A DNA stretch of 64,000 bases. It comes from Eledone cirrhosa. Lineage: Eukaryota. Of this stretch, positions 11,180-22,391 are shown one piece after another. The position numbers and the translations under genes are program-made. The stretch lies in contig OZ024743.1 of the NCBI GenBank assembly GCA_964016885.1, positions 365,428,001-365,492,000 of the forward strand, written 5' to 3'. Position 1 is the first letter of the stretch, and every line of letters starts with the position of its first letter. A model generated the notes under the pieces. The model saw only the letters and a list, made by a program, of their open reading frames with translations, was not told the origin of the DNA and made no database searches.

Positions 11180-14100
11180 CTACAGGCGCATGATCAGAGT
11201 AGGCCCACTCACGCGGGCCATTCTCGCCACATTCACCCACCTTTCAGTAAATGTACTGGGGGGCAGCACTTCTCTCTCCACCCTCACCTTCCTTTCCAAG
11301 TGAAACTTGAAGAAGTTGATGAGGGATTGGCCGAAGAGAAAAGTGTCTGTCTTCAGTCCTTTCAACCTGGTCCACCATGCAACCTCTTTCGCTACTGCCA
11401 CCAGGCAGAGGAAAATTGCCTGCCCTTCCTGACCAAAAGAAGGCGGCGGGTCAATCTTCACTATGGACTCGGACGATAGCCGGATCCGTTCTACACGCGA
11501 CAATAGCTGTTCGACATAACCCCACAAGTCAGCAATGCACGGACACTGGACGAGTGCGTGCAGAACGGTTTCGTCGCTCTGCGCGCATCTCGGGCAGGTT
11601 CGTCTGACAGCACTTCCGTGCCTGTAGAGTTTATCCCGAACCGGCAGCGCCCCCCGGTAGCACTGCCAAGCGAGGGATTTCTGGAAGTTATCCATCGTCC
11701 CCGGCTCGAAAGTCCTCCGGAACATACTGGTCAGTTCTACTTCGTTGACGCCCAGAGCCTCTCCTAGTACGTCATCGCACTTGCCCTCCACTAATCCTCT
11801 ATAGAAATCTTGAGTGGAAGTTCCACTGACCGCATTGCCCACCTTGCAGAGTGCAGTGAGCGCCTGGCAACATTCCAGATGCCAGTCGCTCAGTCTCGGT
11901 CTCTTCTTGACCCAGGACTGCTGCTCAGTCAAAGAGATGAGCTGCGGAAAGGCCCGTCTAACAAACGGCGACCACACCTGTTCACCGTTTAGGCAAAATA
12001 TCTGGAGATGTCGCAGCCTCAGCGCATGTCTGCGCATCATTAGCCACGGCATGCCCAGCCCTCCACGAAGAGGGTGCTGGCAGCAGATGGACCGCCTCAC
12101 CAACGGGACCCGTCCCCTCCACAAAAATTTGAAAAGGAGCCGTTCCAAATTGGCGAGGCGTGGACGGGGGCAAGGCACGACGGTCAGGCGGTAGTAGATG
12201 ACGGACGCGATGTACGCGTTCGCCACCTCCGCCCGCCCTTTCAGTGATAGCTTTCTCTCAGCCCATTTCTGGGTGAGGTTGGCTATGCTGCTCGTCACCT
12301 CGTCCCAATTCTTATCCACCTGGAGGTCTGGTCCGAACCAAACCCCGAGCAACTTTACCGGTCCGTCTGTCCAGCGCCCAACGACGCTGTTGGACGGCAT
12401 GGACTTGCCTCTCCAGGTGCCGAGCTGCAAGCCCACCGACTTTTCCGGGTTAAGTTTTGCTCCCGTCAACCTTTCATATTCCTCCAAATGGGTGCGGATC
12501 ACCTCGATTTCCGAGGTGTCCGACACCATCACGGTGATGTCGTCCGCATAAGCGGACGCAGCCTTTCTACGTCCCGGTTCGAGCGGGATGCCCTGCAACA
12601 ACTCCAGCTTCCGCAGTAGAGGCTCAAGAGTCAATACGTACAGAAGTGAGGAGAGAGGGCACCCTTGACGGACCGATCGAGAGATCTGAAACGGTTCCGA
12701 GAGGTGGCCATTAACTTTGACCACCGAGCAGATGCCGCTGTACATTGCAGCGATCCAGCTTCTGAAGACGGGGCCGAAGCCAGCCGCCTCGAGGACAGCC
12801 TCCAAGTACCGATGGTCGACCCTATCGAATGCTTTCGATTGATCTAAATTGATCAGAGCCCCACCGAAGCCAGGTTTGCACCCAACCCTCTCTATGATGT
12901 ATCGCATGAGGTGGAGGTTGTCGTGTATGGACCTGGTCGGGATTGCGCAAGTTTGCGCCTCCCCAACCAAATCTTTGACGACAAGCGCCAACCTTTTCGC
13001 TAACACCTTGGCCAAAATCTTAAACTCTGTGTTGAGCAGGGTTATGGGCCTGAAATTATCTAGTGTGTCCCTCATGTTCTCGTCTTTCCTTATCAGCGTC
13101 ACTACGCCACGGCTCACAGAACTGGGAATGCTCCCGTTCTGCTGCCAGTTGCAGTAGAGCGCTTCGAGGAGATCGGAGAACAAGTCTGGCATATTTACGT
13201 AAAGCTCGTAGGGCAGACCATCCAAACCGGGTGACTTGCGACTCGAGCAGCCGACAAGGGCGTCCTGAATTTCGACTGATGTTATCGGCTCTTCGCAGCG
13301 CTCAGCGTCGGCCGTCGAGAGGCGTGGCAAGCCGTCGAGGTAGGGACTGAAGTCCGCCGCCGTCTCCGACTCACCCATCCTCCCGAACAATCGAGCAAAG
13401 TGCTGGCGAAAGGCCTCACACATCTGCTTGGAATCGCTCAGTTCGTGTCCATCTCGATCCGTCAAAGACCGAATTGTGGTTTTATTTCCACGCTGCGTCT
13501 CTGCAAAGCGAGCCCATCGGGCAGCTTTGGTTCCCTCGTTCCTCAGAGCACGCGCCTTAGCTCTGACAATGCAACCTTCGTGTTTCGCATTGAAGAAATG
13601 GTCTAGTGCCATTCTCGCCGCTAGCACGTCTGTTGCAATGCCACTACAAATAGCCTCGTCTAACTTAGCTATCAGCCCCTCCTCCTTTCTATTTTTCTCT
13701 ATTGCTACTTCTTTGCTAAATCCTATCGAGGTTGCTCTAATCTCTCTTTTGAGTGCCCCCCACCACCTGTTGTTGACAACCCCCCCCCCCCCCCTGTCAA
13801 CTTTTGCTTAACTAAGTTGTTGACCCGGTCCCTGTAAGCTTTACGTGCCGGAAACGACATGTTTAGCTTCCAGTAGCTAGGTCCTAACCTACGTGTCTTA
13901 TCTAGGTCGACCATACAGATCACAAGCTTGTGATCTGAATAGGCAACCGTTTTAAAATGTGGACATCCTACACTATTTCTATCTCTTTTCCTAATGAAAA
14001 TCCTATCTATGTACGATCTAGATGACCCTATGCGATTGGTCCAGGTCCATACTGGCGCATTAGGGAAATCTAGTCGGTACCTGTCAGACAGTTGAAACTG

Positions 14101-14607
14101 GCTGATCAGGTACTTGAGGCTTTTGCACCCCCCGCTCCTATCAGATACTCCCACACAATCCCAGCGTGCTTCTAAGATGCCATTCCAATCCCCTATTAAC
14201 AGTAAAGGGCGAGACGTAAGCAGAAAGTTTTTCAGGCGCCTAAAGAAGTCCGGCCGACCGGCCCCAGTAGGGGCGTAGACGGCCACCAGTCTAAAGGCAC
14301 CACCTTCGCTATTGCTCACGTCCAGGACCACCAACTTTCCGTCAGGATCCCGGAAGATTGACCTTACCTCGAGATCCAGACATTTCCTAAACAGCACAGC
14401 CACTCCACCTCCCATTCCCGGCCGACTAACAGATGCAAAGATCTGATAATCGTCGAAAATCGGCGCCAGTGCGCGTGTGTCGGAAATTCTGGTCTCGCTG
14501 ATGGCAATTACATCCATTCCTAGTGACCTGAGGTCGTTGAGCAAGTGACCTTGCTTCCAGGGCGACCCCAGGCCACGAACATTTAAACTTCCTACTCTTA
14601 TGGCCAT
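11180..14607 (-). pseudogene. Tx1-B1 ORF2 (APE-RT-zinc finger) with one frameshift at a poly-C run
   Basis: C15 at 13780-13794 versus C7 at 19632-19638 in copy 2; otherwise collinear with the intact 1139 aa ORF. Confidence 0.88.
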
Positions 14608-14636
14608 GCTGGCAGGATGAATGGGAGAGGAAAGGT

Positions 14637-16547
14637 TTACTTACCTTCCGGGGTCTTGTGAGGGTCGGGTGGTTCGACCTCCATGGTTTGTGGGGTTTCT
14701 TTTGGGAACCCCTTTAATAGTCTTGACGTGGGTTTTACGTTCGGGGTTCCCACATCCCGAGGAAAGCTCTTTCGAATTTCTTTGTATGAAGCGAGCGACA
14801 TTCGCATCAGAAGCAAATTATCTGGTACGCGAAATGTGCTCGCTTCAAATGTTTCCCCGTCTTTTTCGATGTTTGTGCTTCGTGCTACATGGGCCATCAA
14901 TTCCTTGTTGGCCCTTCTGGCAAGCACGAAGTTTTTAATGTTTTGTTGCTCGGGTTTTATTTGTTCGTGTGATTGTGGTGGTGATAGCTTTGTTAGTGTT
15001 GTTTCTATTGTGTCTGCGTTTGTTGTGGGTGGGGTGTCTGTAGTTTCTGATGTTTGTGTGTCTATTTGTTCTTGTGTCTGTTTAGCTTGTTTGCGTTTGG
15101 GGGATTTTGGTGGTTGTGTTGGTGATGCTGTGGGGAAAATGTTTGTGTGGGTGGTGTGTGTATTTTTTTTTGTGGGGGTGTTTGTGCTTTGTGGATTTCT
15201 TTTTTTTTTGTGTTTTGTTTTTTGTATTTTGGGGGACTTTGGTTTTCCCTCATCTTCACTGCTGGAGGATGAGGGGTCTGTGGCTGTGAGCGTGTTTGTG
15301 TCTGAGTGAGTGTTTATGTTCTTGTTCGTGTGTGTATTTTGGGGGGGAGGGGGAATGGGAGAGCTTTCCTCGTTTCCCCCCTGGGTGTGCAATTTTGGTG
15401 GTTCCATTGTTGACGGTGTTGCTGGTGGTCCTTGTCCCGGCGTCGCCAGCAGTGGAATCTTTCGACCCCTTGCGCTTTTCGGCAGTTGAGGGCAGAAGGC
15501 TCGCAAGTGTGTCGTTTCCCCACAAAGGAAACAATGCGGCCTTTTGCCCTCAGTCATTATATGCAACACCCTCCCGTTTTGGAGGCGGATGTGGTCCGGG
15601 ATTGCTTTTACGTTTTCGGGTCTGATTTGGAGCAGTATCTCCAGATCAACCCCGGACCAGTCGTCCCTGGCAGTTCTCGTTGCCTCTACCGGGACTGTAT
15701 CCGTTCCTTCCACGATTACGCAACCCAGGAGCCACCACATATCAAGTCCTGGTGGAATCCTGGGAATGCGCACACGTGCTATTCGTTTTTCCATGTGGGA
15801 GGGGTACATTATAACCTTGCTGGTTTTGCAAGGGGTCATTGAATGCTTCACAGCGAGGGCTTCAGACTTGAACAGCACCGAAACGGTGCCGTATTGCCTG
15901 CCCCTCTCTATGAAGTCTGTGTCCTCTCTGATGTATTTCAGTGCGGCTTCTATATCAGCTTGGGCGATTATCGCTGCCCTCTTTGTCTCTACTGAGATGC
16001 ATCTGAAATGCACCGTTCTTTTTTCCACTGCCTCAATGGCTTCTGCCGGGACAGTTAAGTTTGCCCAGGTCTGCTCTTGATTTATGATTTTCCAGGCCTG
16101 GGCCAACTTTTCCTCTCTGTTGGTTAAGTCGATGCTGTAGCATGGTCTCCTTTTAGCCGCTGCCACAGCAGCGAAGGTGTTCTTGTTGGTGTTGTCACTG
16201 TTGTTGTTCTTGTTGGTGTTGCTGCTGCTATTGCTGTTGTTGTTCTCCCCTGTGTCGTGGTTACCCTCTGTGCTGTTGGCCTTGTTGGTGCTGTTGCTGT
16301 CGCTACTATTACTCTCTGTGCTGTTCGTTTTGTTGGTGCTCTCGCTATTACCACCTTCTGCGCTGTTCGGCTTGTTGGTGTTGGTGTTGTCGCTGTTACC
16401 ACCTTCCGCGCCGCTCGGCCCGTTGGTGCTGGCACTGTCGCTGCTCACATTCGTGCTGGTGGCGCTCCTCGCCTCACCTCTCCTCTCAACGCTCAAGTCG
16501 CCGTTGCACGACAGCAGACCCGCCTCTAGGGGGCGTGGCTCCGCCAT
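14637..16547 (-). CDS. Tx1-B1 ORF1 protein, 636 aa (nucleic-acid-binding, CCHC knuckle)
   Basis: Open ORF; N/S/T-rich N-terminus, TFAAVAA, CFLCGETTHLRAFC, Pro/Thr/Lys-rich linker; ends 29 nt before the ORF2 ATG. Confidence 0.9.
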   Translation of the reverse strand: MAEPRPLEAGLLSCNGDLSVERRGEARSATSTNVSSDSASTNGPSGAEGGNSDNTNTNKPNSAEGGNSESTNKTNSTESNSSDSNSTNKANSTEGNHDTGENNNSNSSSNTNKNNNSDNTNKNTFAAVAAAKRRPCYSIDLTNREEKLAQAWKIINQEQTWANLTVPAEAIEAVEKRTVHFRCISVETKRAAIIAQADIEAALKYIREDTDFIERGRQYGTVSVLFKSEALAVKHSMTPCKTSKVIMYPSHMEKRIARVRIPRIPPGLDMWWLLGCVIVEGTDTVPVEATRTARDDWSGVDLEILLQIRPENVKAIPDHIRLQNGRVLHIMTEGKRPHCFLCGETTHLRAFCPQLPKSARGRKIPLLATPGQGPPATPSTMEPPKLHTQGGNEESSPIPPPPQNTHTNKNINTHSDTNTLTATDPSSSSSEDEGKPKSPKIQKTKHKKKRNPQSTNTPTKKNTHTTHTNIFPTASPTQPPKSPKRKQAKQTQEQIDTQTSETTDTPPTTNADTIETTLTKLSPPQSHEQIKPEQQNIKNFVLARRANKELMAHVARSTNIEKDGETFEASTFRVPDNLLLMRMSLASYKEIRKSFPRDVGTPNVKPTSRLLKGFPKETPQTMEVEPPDPHKTPEGK

Positions 16548-16592
16548 GTTTTTTTGAGAAAAAAATTATTATTTTTTTCAAAATAAAGTTCA

Positions 16593-16620
16593 AATATTTG
16601 GGCCAAAAGGCCCAAATATT
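16593..16620 (-). promoter_or_regulatory. Perfect 12-bp-stem hairpin in the Tx1-B1 5' UTR
   Basis: AATATTTGGGCC-TTTT-GGCCCAAATATT on the sense strand, 45 nt upstream of the ORF1 ATG; function unknown. Confidence 0.55.
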
Positions 16621-17031
16621 ATGAGTTATTCCTTCACAGGATACAAATTAATGTCTTATAATGCTTCAGCGGTACAAAAAATAAACAATTCTCTACAATT
16701 AATCCTCAAAAAATTGCTTACTCACGGAGCTTCAAAAAACGTACATCCACTTTCGTCAATAATAATAATAATAATAATGATTTCATTTATTGGCCACAAG
16801 GGCCGACATATAGGGGACAACACAATAGACAGGGACAGTGGGGGTTTACATAGAGATCGAGTAAGTATAAATAACAAAAAAACAAAATAACAATAAAAAT
16901 ACAACAATGAAAGTTCCCCAATAAGAGGGATGACCACCCAGGGTTGACTCAAGCACCCCACCAGTCCTGAGCCACCCGACGCTCCTAGGGCACCCGGGAA
17001 GGGCACCCCTCTCCTTCTCGAATTCACCAGC

Positions 17032-20000
17032 CTACAGGCGCATGATCAGAGTAGGCCCACTCACGCGGGCCATTCTCGCCACATTCACCCACCTTTCAGT
17101 AAATGTACTGGGCGGCAGCACTTCTCTCTCCACCCTCACCTTCCTTTCCAAGTGAAACTTGAAGAAGTTGATGAGGGATTGGCCGAAGAGAAAAGTGTCT
17201 GTCTTCAGTCCTTTCAACCTGGTCCACCATGCAACCTCTTTCGCTACTGCCACCAGGCAGAGGAAAATTGCCTGCCCTTCCTGACCAAAAGAAGGCGGCG
17301 GGTCAATCTTCACTATGGACTCGGACGATAGCCGGATCCGTTCTACACGCGACAATAGCTGTTCGACATAACCCCACAAGTCAGCAATGCACGGACACTG
17401 GACGAGTGCGTGCAGAACGGTTTCGTCGCTCTGCGCGCATCTCGGGCAGGTTCGTCTGACAGCACTTCCGTGCCTGTAGAGTTTATCCCGAACCGGCAGC
17501 GCCCCCCGGTAGCACTGCCAAGCGAGGGATTTCTGGAAGTTATCCATCGTCCCCGGCTCGAAAGTCCTCCGGAACATACTGGTCAGTTCTACTTCGTTGA
17601 CGCCCAGAGCCTCTCCTAGTACGTCATCGCACTTGCCCTCCACTAATCCTCTATAGAAATCTTGAGTGGAAGTTCCACTGACCGCATTGCCCACCTTGCA
17701 GAGTGCAGTGAGCGCCTGGCAACATTCCAGATGCCAGTCGCCCAGTCTCGGTCTCTTCTTGACCCAGGACTGCAGCTCAGTCAAAGAGATGAGCTGCGGA
17801 AAGGCCCGTCTAACAAACGGCGACCACACCTGTTCACCGTTTAGGCAAAATATCTGGAGATGTCGCAGCCTCAGCGCATGTCTGCGCATCATTAGCCACG
17901 GCATGCCCAGCCCTCCACGAAGAGGGTGCTGGCAGCAGATGGACCGCCTCACCAACGGGACCCGTCCCCTCCACAAAAATTTGAAAAGGAGCCGTTCCAA
18001 ATTGGCGAGGCGTGGACGGGGGCAAGGCACGACGGTCAGGCGGTAGTAGATGACGGACGCGATGTACGCGTTCGCCACCTCCGCCCGCCCTTTCAGTGAT
18101 AGCTTTCTCTCAGCCCATTTCTGGGTGAGGTTGGCTATGCTGCTCGTCACCTCGTCCCAATTCTTATCCACCTGGAGGTCTGGTCCGAACCAAACCCCGA
18201 GCAACTTTACCGGTCCGTCTGTCCAGCGCCCAACGACGCTGTTGGACGGCATGGACTTGCCTCTCCAGGTGCCGAGCTGCAAGCCCACCGACTTTTCCGG
18301 GTTAAGTTTTGCTCCCGTCAACCTTTCATATTCCTCCAAATGGGTGCGGATCACCTCGATTTCCGAGGTGTCCGACACCATCACGGTGATGTCGTCCGCA
18401 TAAGCGGACGCAGCCTTTCTACGTCCCGGTTCGAGCGGGATGCCCTGCAACAACTCCAGCTTCCGCAGTAGAGGCTCAAGAGTCAATACGTACAGAAGTG
18501 AGGAGAGAGGGCACCCTTGACGGACCGATCGAGAGATCTGAAACGGTTCCGAGAGGTGGCCATTAACTTTGACCACCGAGCGGATGCCGCTGTACATTGC
18601 AGCGATCCAGCTTCTGAAGACGGGGCCGAAGCCAGCCGCCTCGAGGACAGCCTCCAAGTACCGATGGTCGACCCTATCGAATGCTTTCGATTGATCTAAA
18701 TTGATCAGAGCCCCACCGAAGCCAGGTTTGCACCCAACCCTCTCTATGATGTATCGCATGAGGTGGAGGTTGTCGTGTATGGACCTGGTCGGGATTGCGC
18801 AAGTTTGCGCCTCCCCAACCAAATCTTTGACGACAAGCGCCAACCTTTTCGCTAACACCTTGGCCAAAATCTTAAACTCTGTGTTGAGCAGGGTTATGGG
18901 CCTGAAATTATCTAGTGTGTCCCTCTTGTTCTCGTCTTTCCTTATCAGCGTCACTACGCCACGGCTCACAGAACTGGGAATGCTCCCGTTCTGCTGCCAG
19001 TTGCAGTAGAGCGCTTCGAGGAGATCGGAGAACAAGTCTGGCATATTTACGTAAAGCTCGTAGGGCAGACCATCCAAACCGGGTGACTTGCGACTCGAGC
19101 AGCCGACAAGGGCGTCCTGAATTTCGGCTGATGTTATCGGCTCTTCGCAGCGCTCAGCGTCGGCCGTCGAGAGGCGTGGCAAGCCGTCGAGGTAGGGACT
19201 GAAGTCCGCCGCCGTCTCCGACTCACCCATCCTCCCGAACAATCGAGCAAAGTGCTGGCGAAAGGCCTCACACATCTGCTTGGAATCGCTCAGTTCGTGT
19301 CCATCTCGATCCGTCAAAGACCGAATTGTGGTTTTATTTCCACGCTGCGTCTCTGCAAAGCGAGCCCATCGGGCAGCTTTGCTTCCCTCGTTCCTCAGAG
19401 CACGCGCCTTAGCTCTGACAATGCAACCTTCGTGTTTCGCATTGAAGAAATGGTCTAGTGCCATTCTCGCCGCTAGCACGTCTGTTGCAATGCCACTACA
19501 AATAGCCTCGTCTAACTTAGCTATCAGCCCCTCCTCCTTTCTATTTTTCTCTATTGCTACTTCTTTGCTAAATCCTATCGAGGTTGCTCTAATCTCTCTT
19601 TTGAGTGCCCCCCACCACCTGTTGTTGACAACCCCCCCTGTCAACTTTTGCTTAACTAAGTTGTTGACCCGGTCCCTGTAAGCTTTACGTGCCGGAAACG
19701 ACATGTTTAGCTTCCAGTAGCTAGGTCCTAACCTACGTGTCTTATCTAGGTCGACCATACAGATCACAAGCTTGTGATCTGAATAGGCAACCGTTTTAAA
19801 ATGTGGACATCCTACACTATTTCTATCTCTTTTCCTAATGAAAATCCTATCTATGTACGATCTAGATGACCCTATGCGATTGGTCCAGGTCCATACTGGC
19901 GCATTAGGGAAATCTAGTCGGTACCTGTCAGACAGTTGAAACTGGCTGATCAGGTACTTGAGGCTTTTGCACCCCACGCTCCTATCAGATACTCCCACAC

Positions 20001-20451
20001 AATCCCAGCGTGCTTCTAAGATGCCATTCCAATCCCCTATTAACAGTAAAGGGCGAGACGTAAGCAGAAAGTTTTCCAGGCGCCTAAAGAAGTCCGGCCG
20101 ACCGGCCCCAGTAGGGGCGTAGACGGCCACCAGTCTAAAGGCACCACCTTCGCTATTGCTCACGTCCAGGACCACCAACTTTCCGTCAGGATCCCGGAAG
20201 ATTGACCTTACCTCAAGATCCAGACATTTCCTAAACAGCACAGCCACTCCACCTCCCATTCCCGGCCGACTAACAGATGCAAAGATCTGATAATCGTCGA
20301 AAATCGGCGCCAGTGCGCGTGTGTCGGAAATTCTGGTCTCGCTGATGGCAATTACATCCATTCCTAGTGACCTGAGGTCGTTGAGCAAGTGACCTTGCTT
20401 CCAGGGCGACCCCAGGCCACGAACATTTAAACTTCCTACTCTTATGGCCAT
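17032..20451 (-). CDS. Tx1-B2 ORF2 polyprotein, 1139 aa: APE endonuclease + reverse transcriptase + C-terminal zinc finger
   Basis: SLNVRGL, ISET, VYAP, GDWN, YIDRIF, SDHK; KSPGLDG, FRPITLLN, LDQSKAFDRV, RQGCPLS, YADD, KLLGV; CPRC-x8-H-x4-C. Confidence 0.97.
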   Translation of the reverse strand: MAIRVGSLNVRGLGSPWKQGHLLNDLRSLGMDVIAISETRISDTRALAPIFDDYQIFASVSRPGMGGGVAVLFRKCLDLEVRSIFRDPDGKLVVLDVSNSEGGAFRLVAVYAPTGAGRPDFFRRLENFLLTSRPLLLIGDWNGILEARWDCVGVSDRSVGCKSLKYLISQFQLSDRYRLDFPNAPVWTWTNRIGSSRSYIDRIFIRKRDRNSVGCPHFKTVAYSDHKLVICMVDLDKTRRLGPSYWKLNMSFPARKAYRDRVNNLVKQKLTGGVVNNRWWGALKREIRATSIGFSKEVAIEKNRKEEGLIAKLDEAICSGIATDVLAARMALDHFFNAKHEGCIVRAKARALRNEGSKAARWARFAETQRGNKTTIRSLTDRDGHELSDSKQMCEAFRQHFARLFGRMGESETAADFSPYLDGLPRLSTADAERCEEPITSAEIQDALVGCSSRKSPGLDGLPYELYVNMPDLFSDLLEALYCNWQQNGSIPSSVSRGVVTLIRKDENKRDTLDNFRPITLLNTEFKILAKVLAKRLALVVKDLVGEAQTCAIPTRSIHDNLHLMRYIIERVGCKPGFGGALINLDQSKAFDRVDHRYLEAVLEAAGFGPVFRSWIAAMYSGIRSVVKVNGHLSEPFQISRSVRQGCPLSSLLYVLTLEPLLRKLELLQGIPLEPGRRKAASAYADDITVMVSDTSEIEVIRTHLEEYERLTGAKLNPEKSVGLQLGTWRGKSMPSNSVVGRWTDGPVKLLGVWFGPDLQVDKNWDEVTSSIANLTQKWAERKLSLKGRAEVANAYIASVIYYRLTVVPCPRPRLANLERLLFKFLWRGRVPLVRRSICCQHPLRGGLGMPWLMMRRHALRLRHLQIFCLNGEQVWSPFVRRAFPQLISLTELQSWVKKRPRLGDWHLECCQALTALCKVGNAVSGTSTQDFYRGLVEGKCDDVLGEALGVNEVELTSMFRRTFEPGTMDNFQKSLAWQCYRGALPVRDKLYRHGSAVRRTCPRCAQSDETVLHALVQCPCIADLWGYVEQLLSRVERIRLSSESIVKIDPPPSFGQEGQAIFLCLVAVAKEVAWWTRLKGLKTDTFLFGQSLINFFKFHLERKVRVEREVLPPSTFTERWVNVARMARVSGPTLIMRL

Positions 20452-20480
20452 GCTGGCAGGATGAATGGGAGAGGAAAGGT

Positions 20481-22391
20481 TTACTTACCTTCCGGGGTCT
20501 TGTGAAGGTCGGGTGGTTCGACCTCCATGGTTTGTGGGGTTTCTTTTGGGAACCCCTTTAATAGTCTTGACGTGGGTTTTACGTTCGGGGTTCCCACATC
20601 CCGAGGAAAGCTCTTTCGAATTTCTTTGTATGAAGCGAGCGACATTCGCATCAGAAGCAAATTATCTGGTACGCGAAATGTGCTCGCTTCAAATGTTTCC
20701 CCGTCTTTTTCGATGTTTGTGCTTCGTGCTACATGGGCCATCAATTCCTTGTTGGCCCTTCTGGCGAGCACGAAGTTTTTAATGTTTTGTTGCTCGGGTT
20801 TTATTTGTTCGTGTGATTGTGGTGGTGATAGCTTTGTTAGTGTTGTTTCTATTGTGTCTGCGTTTGTTGTGGGTGGGGTGTCTGTAGTTTCTGATGTTTG
20901 TGTGTCTATTTGTTCTTGTGTCTGTTTAGCTTGTTTGCGTTTGGGGGATTTTGGTGGTTGTGTTGGTGATGCTGTGGGGAAAATGTTTGTGTGGGTGGTG
21001 TGTGTATTTTTTTTTGTGGGGGTGTCTGTGCTTTGTGGATTTCTTTTTTTTTTGTGTTTTGTTTTTTGTATTTTGGGGGACTTTGGTTTTCCCTCATCTT
21101 CACTGCTGGAGGATGAGGGGTCTGTGGCTGTGAGCGTGTTTGTGTCTGAGTGAGTGTTTATGTTCTTGTTCGTGTGTGTATTTTGGGGGGGAGGGGGAAT
21201 GGGAGAGCTTTCCTCGTTTCCCCCCTGGGTGTGCAATTTTGGTGGTTCCATTGTTGACGGTGTTGCTGGTGGTCCTTGTCCCGGCGTCGCCAGCAGTGGA
21301 ATCTTTCGACCCCTTGCGCTTTTCGGCAGTTGAGGGCAGAAGGCTCGCAAGTGTGTCGTTTCCCCACAAAGGAAACAATGCGGCCTTTTGCCCTCAGTCA
21401 TTATATGCAACACCCTCCCGTTTTGGAGGCGGATGTGGTCCGGGATTGTTTTTACGTTTTCGGGTCTGATTTGGAGCAGTATCTCCAGATCAACCCCGGA
21501 CCAGTCGTCCCTGGCAGTTCTCGTTGCCTCTACCGGGACTGTATCCGTTCCTTCCACGATTACGCAACCCAGGAGCCACCACATATCAAGTCCTGGTGGA
21601 ATCCTGGGAATGCGCACACGTGCTATTCGTTTTCCCATGTGGGAGGGGTACATTATGACCTTGCTGGTTTTGCAAGGGGTCATTGAATGCTTCACAGCGA
21701 GGGCTTCAGACTTGAACAGCACCGAAACGGTGCCGTATTGCCTGCCCCTCTCTATGAAGTCTGTGTCCTCTCTGATGTATTTCAGTGCGGCTTCTATGTC
21801 AGCTTGGGCGATTATCGCTGCCCTCTTTGTCTCTACTGAGATGCATCTGAAATGCACCGTTCTTTTTTCCACTGCCTCAATGGCTTCTGCCGGGACAGTT
21901 AAGTTTGCCCAGGTCTGCTCTTGATTTATGATTTTCCAGGCCTGGGCCAACTTTTCCTCTCTGTTGGTTAAGTCGATGCTGTAGCATGGTCTCCTTTTAG
22001 CCGCTGCCACAGCAGCGAAAGTGTTCTTGTTGGTGTTGTCACTGTTGTTGTTCTTGTTGGTGTTGCTGCTGCTATTGCTGTTGTTGTTCTCCCCTGTGTC
22101 GTGGTTACCTTCTGTGCTGTTGGCCTTGTTGGTGCTGCTGCTGTCGCTACTATTACTCTCTGTGCTGTTCGTTTTGTTGGTGCTCTCGCTATTACCACCT
22201 TCTGCGCTGTTCGGCTTGTTGGTGTTGGTGTTGTCGCTGTTACCACCTTCCGCGCCGCTCGGCCCGTTGGTGCTGGCACTGTCGCTGCTCACATTCGTGC
22301 TGGTGGCGCTCCTCGCCTCACCTCTCCTCTCAACGCTCAAGTCGCCGTTGCACGACAGCAGACCCGCCTCTAGGGGGCGTGGCTCCGCCAT
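20481..22391 (-). CDS. Tx1-B2 ORF1 protein, 636 aa
   Basis: Open ORF upstream of ORF2 with CCHC knuckle CFLCGETTHLRAFC. Confidence 0.92.
   Translation of the reverse strand: MAEPRPLEAGLLSCNGDLSVERRGEARSATSTNVSSDSASTNGPSGAEGGNSDNTNTNKPNSAEGGNSESTNKTNSTESNSSDSSSTNKANSTEGNHDTGENNNSNSSSNTNKNNNSDNTNKNTFAAVAAAKRRPCYSIDLTNREEKLAQAWKIINQEQTWANLTVPAEAIEAVEKRTVHFRCISVETKRAAIIAQADIEAALKYIREDTDFIERGRQYGTVSVLFKSEALAVKHSMTPCKTSKVIMYPSHMGKRIARVRIPRIPPGLDMWWLLGCVIVEGTDTVPVEATRTARDDWSGVDLEILLQIRPENVKTIPDHIRLQNGRVLHIMTEGKRPHCFLCGETTHLRAFCPQLPKSARGRKIPLLATPGQGPPATPSTMEPPKLHTQGGNEESSPIPPPPQNTHTNKNINTHSDTNTLTATDPSSSSSEDEGKPKSPKIQKTKHKKKRNPQSTDTPTKKNTHTTHTNIFPTASPTQPPKSPKRKQAKQTQEQIDTQTSETTDTPPTTNADTIETTLTKLSPPQSHEQIKPEQQNIKNFVLARRANKELMAHVARSTNIEKDGETFEASTFRVPDNLLLMRMSLASYKEIRKSFPRDVGTPNVKPTSRLLKGFPKETPQTMEVEPPDLHKTPEGK

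Larger units (their letters stand above)
10928..16757 (-). mobile_element. L1/Tx1-like LINE, family B, copy 1 (5830 bp)
   Basis: Near-identical to 16779-22600; bounded by (AAT)5 and (AAT)7. Confidence 0.95.

Noticed and set aside
16930-17031. HDV-like ribozyme in the G-rich Tx1 3' UTR
   Set aside because: Small hairpins are possible, but I could not place the nested pseudoknot or the catalytic C; not conserved in this form in families A and C
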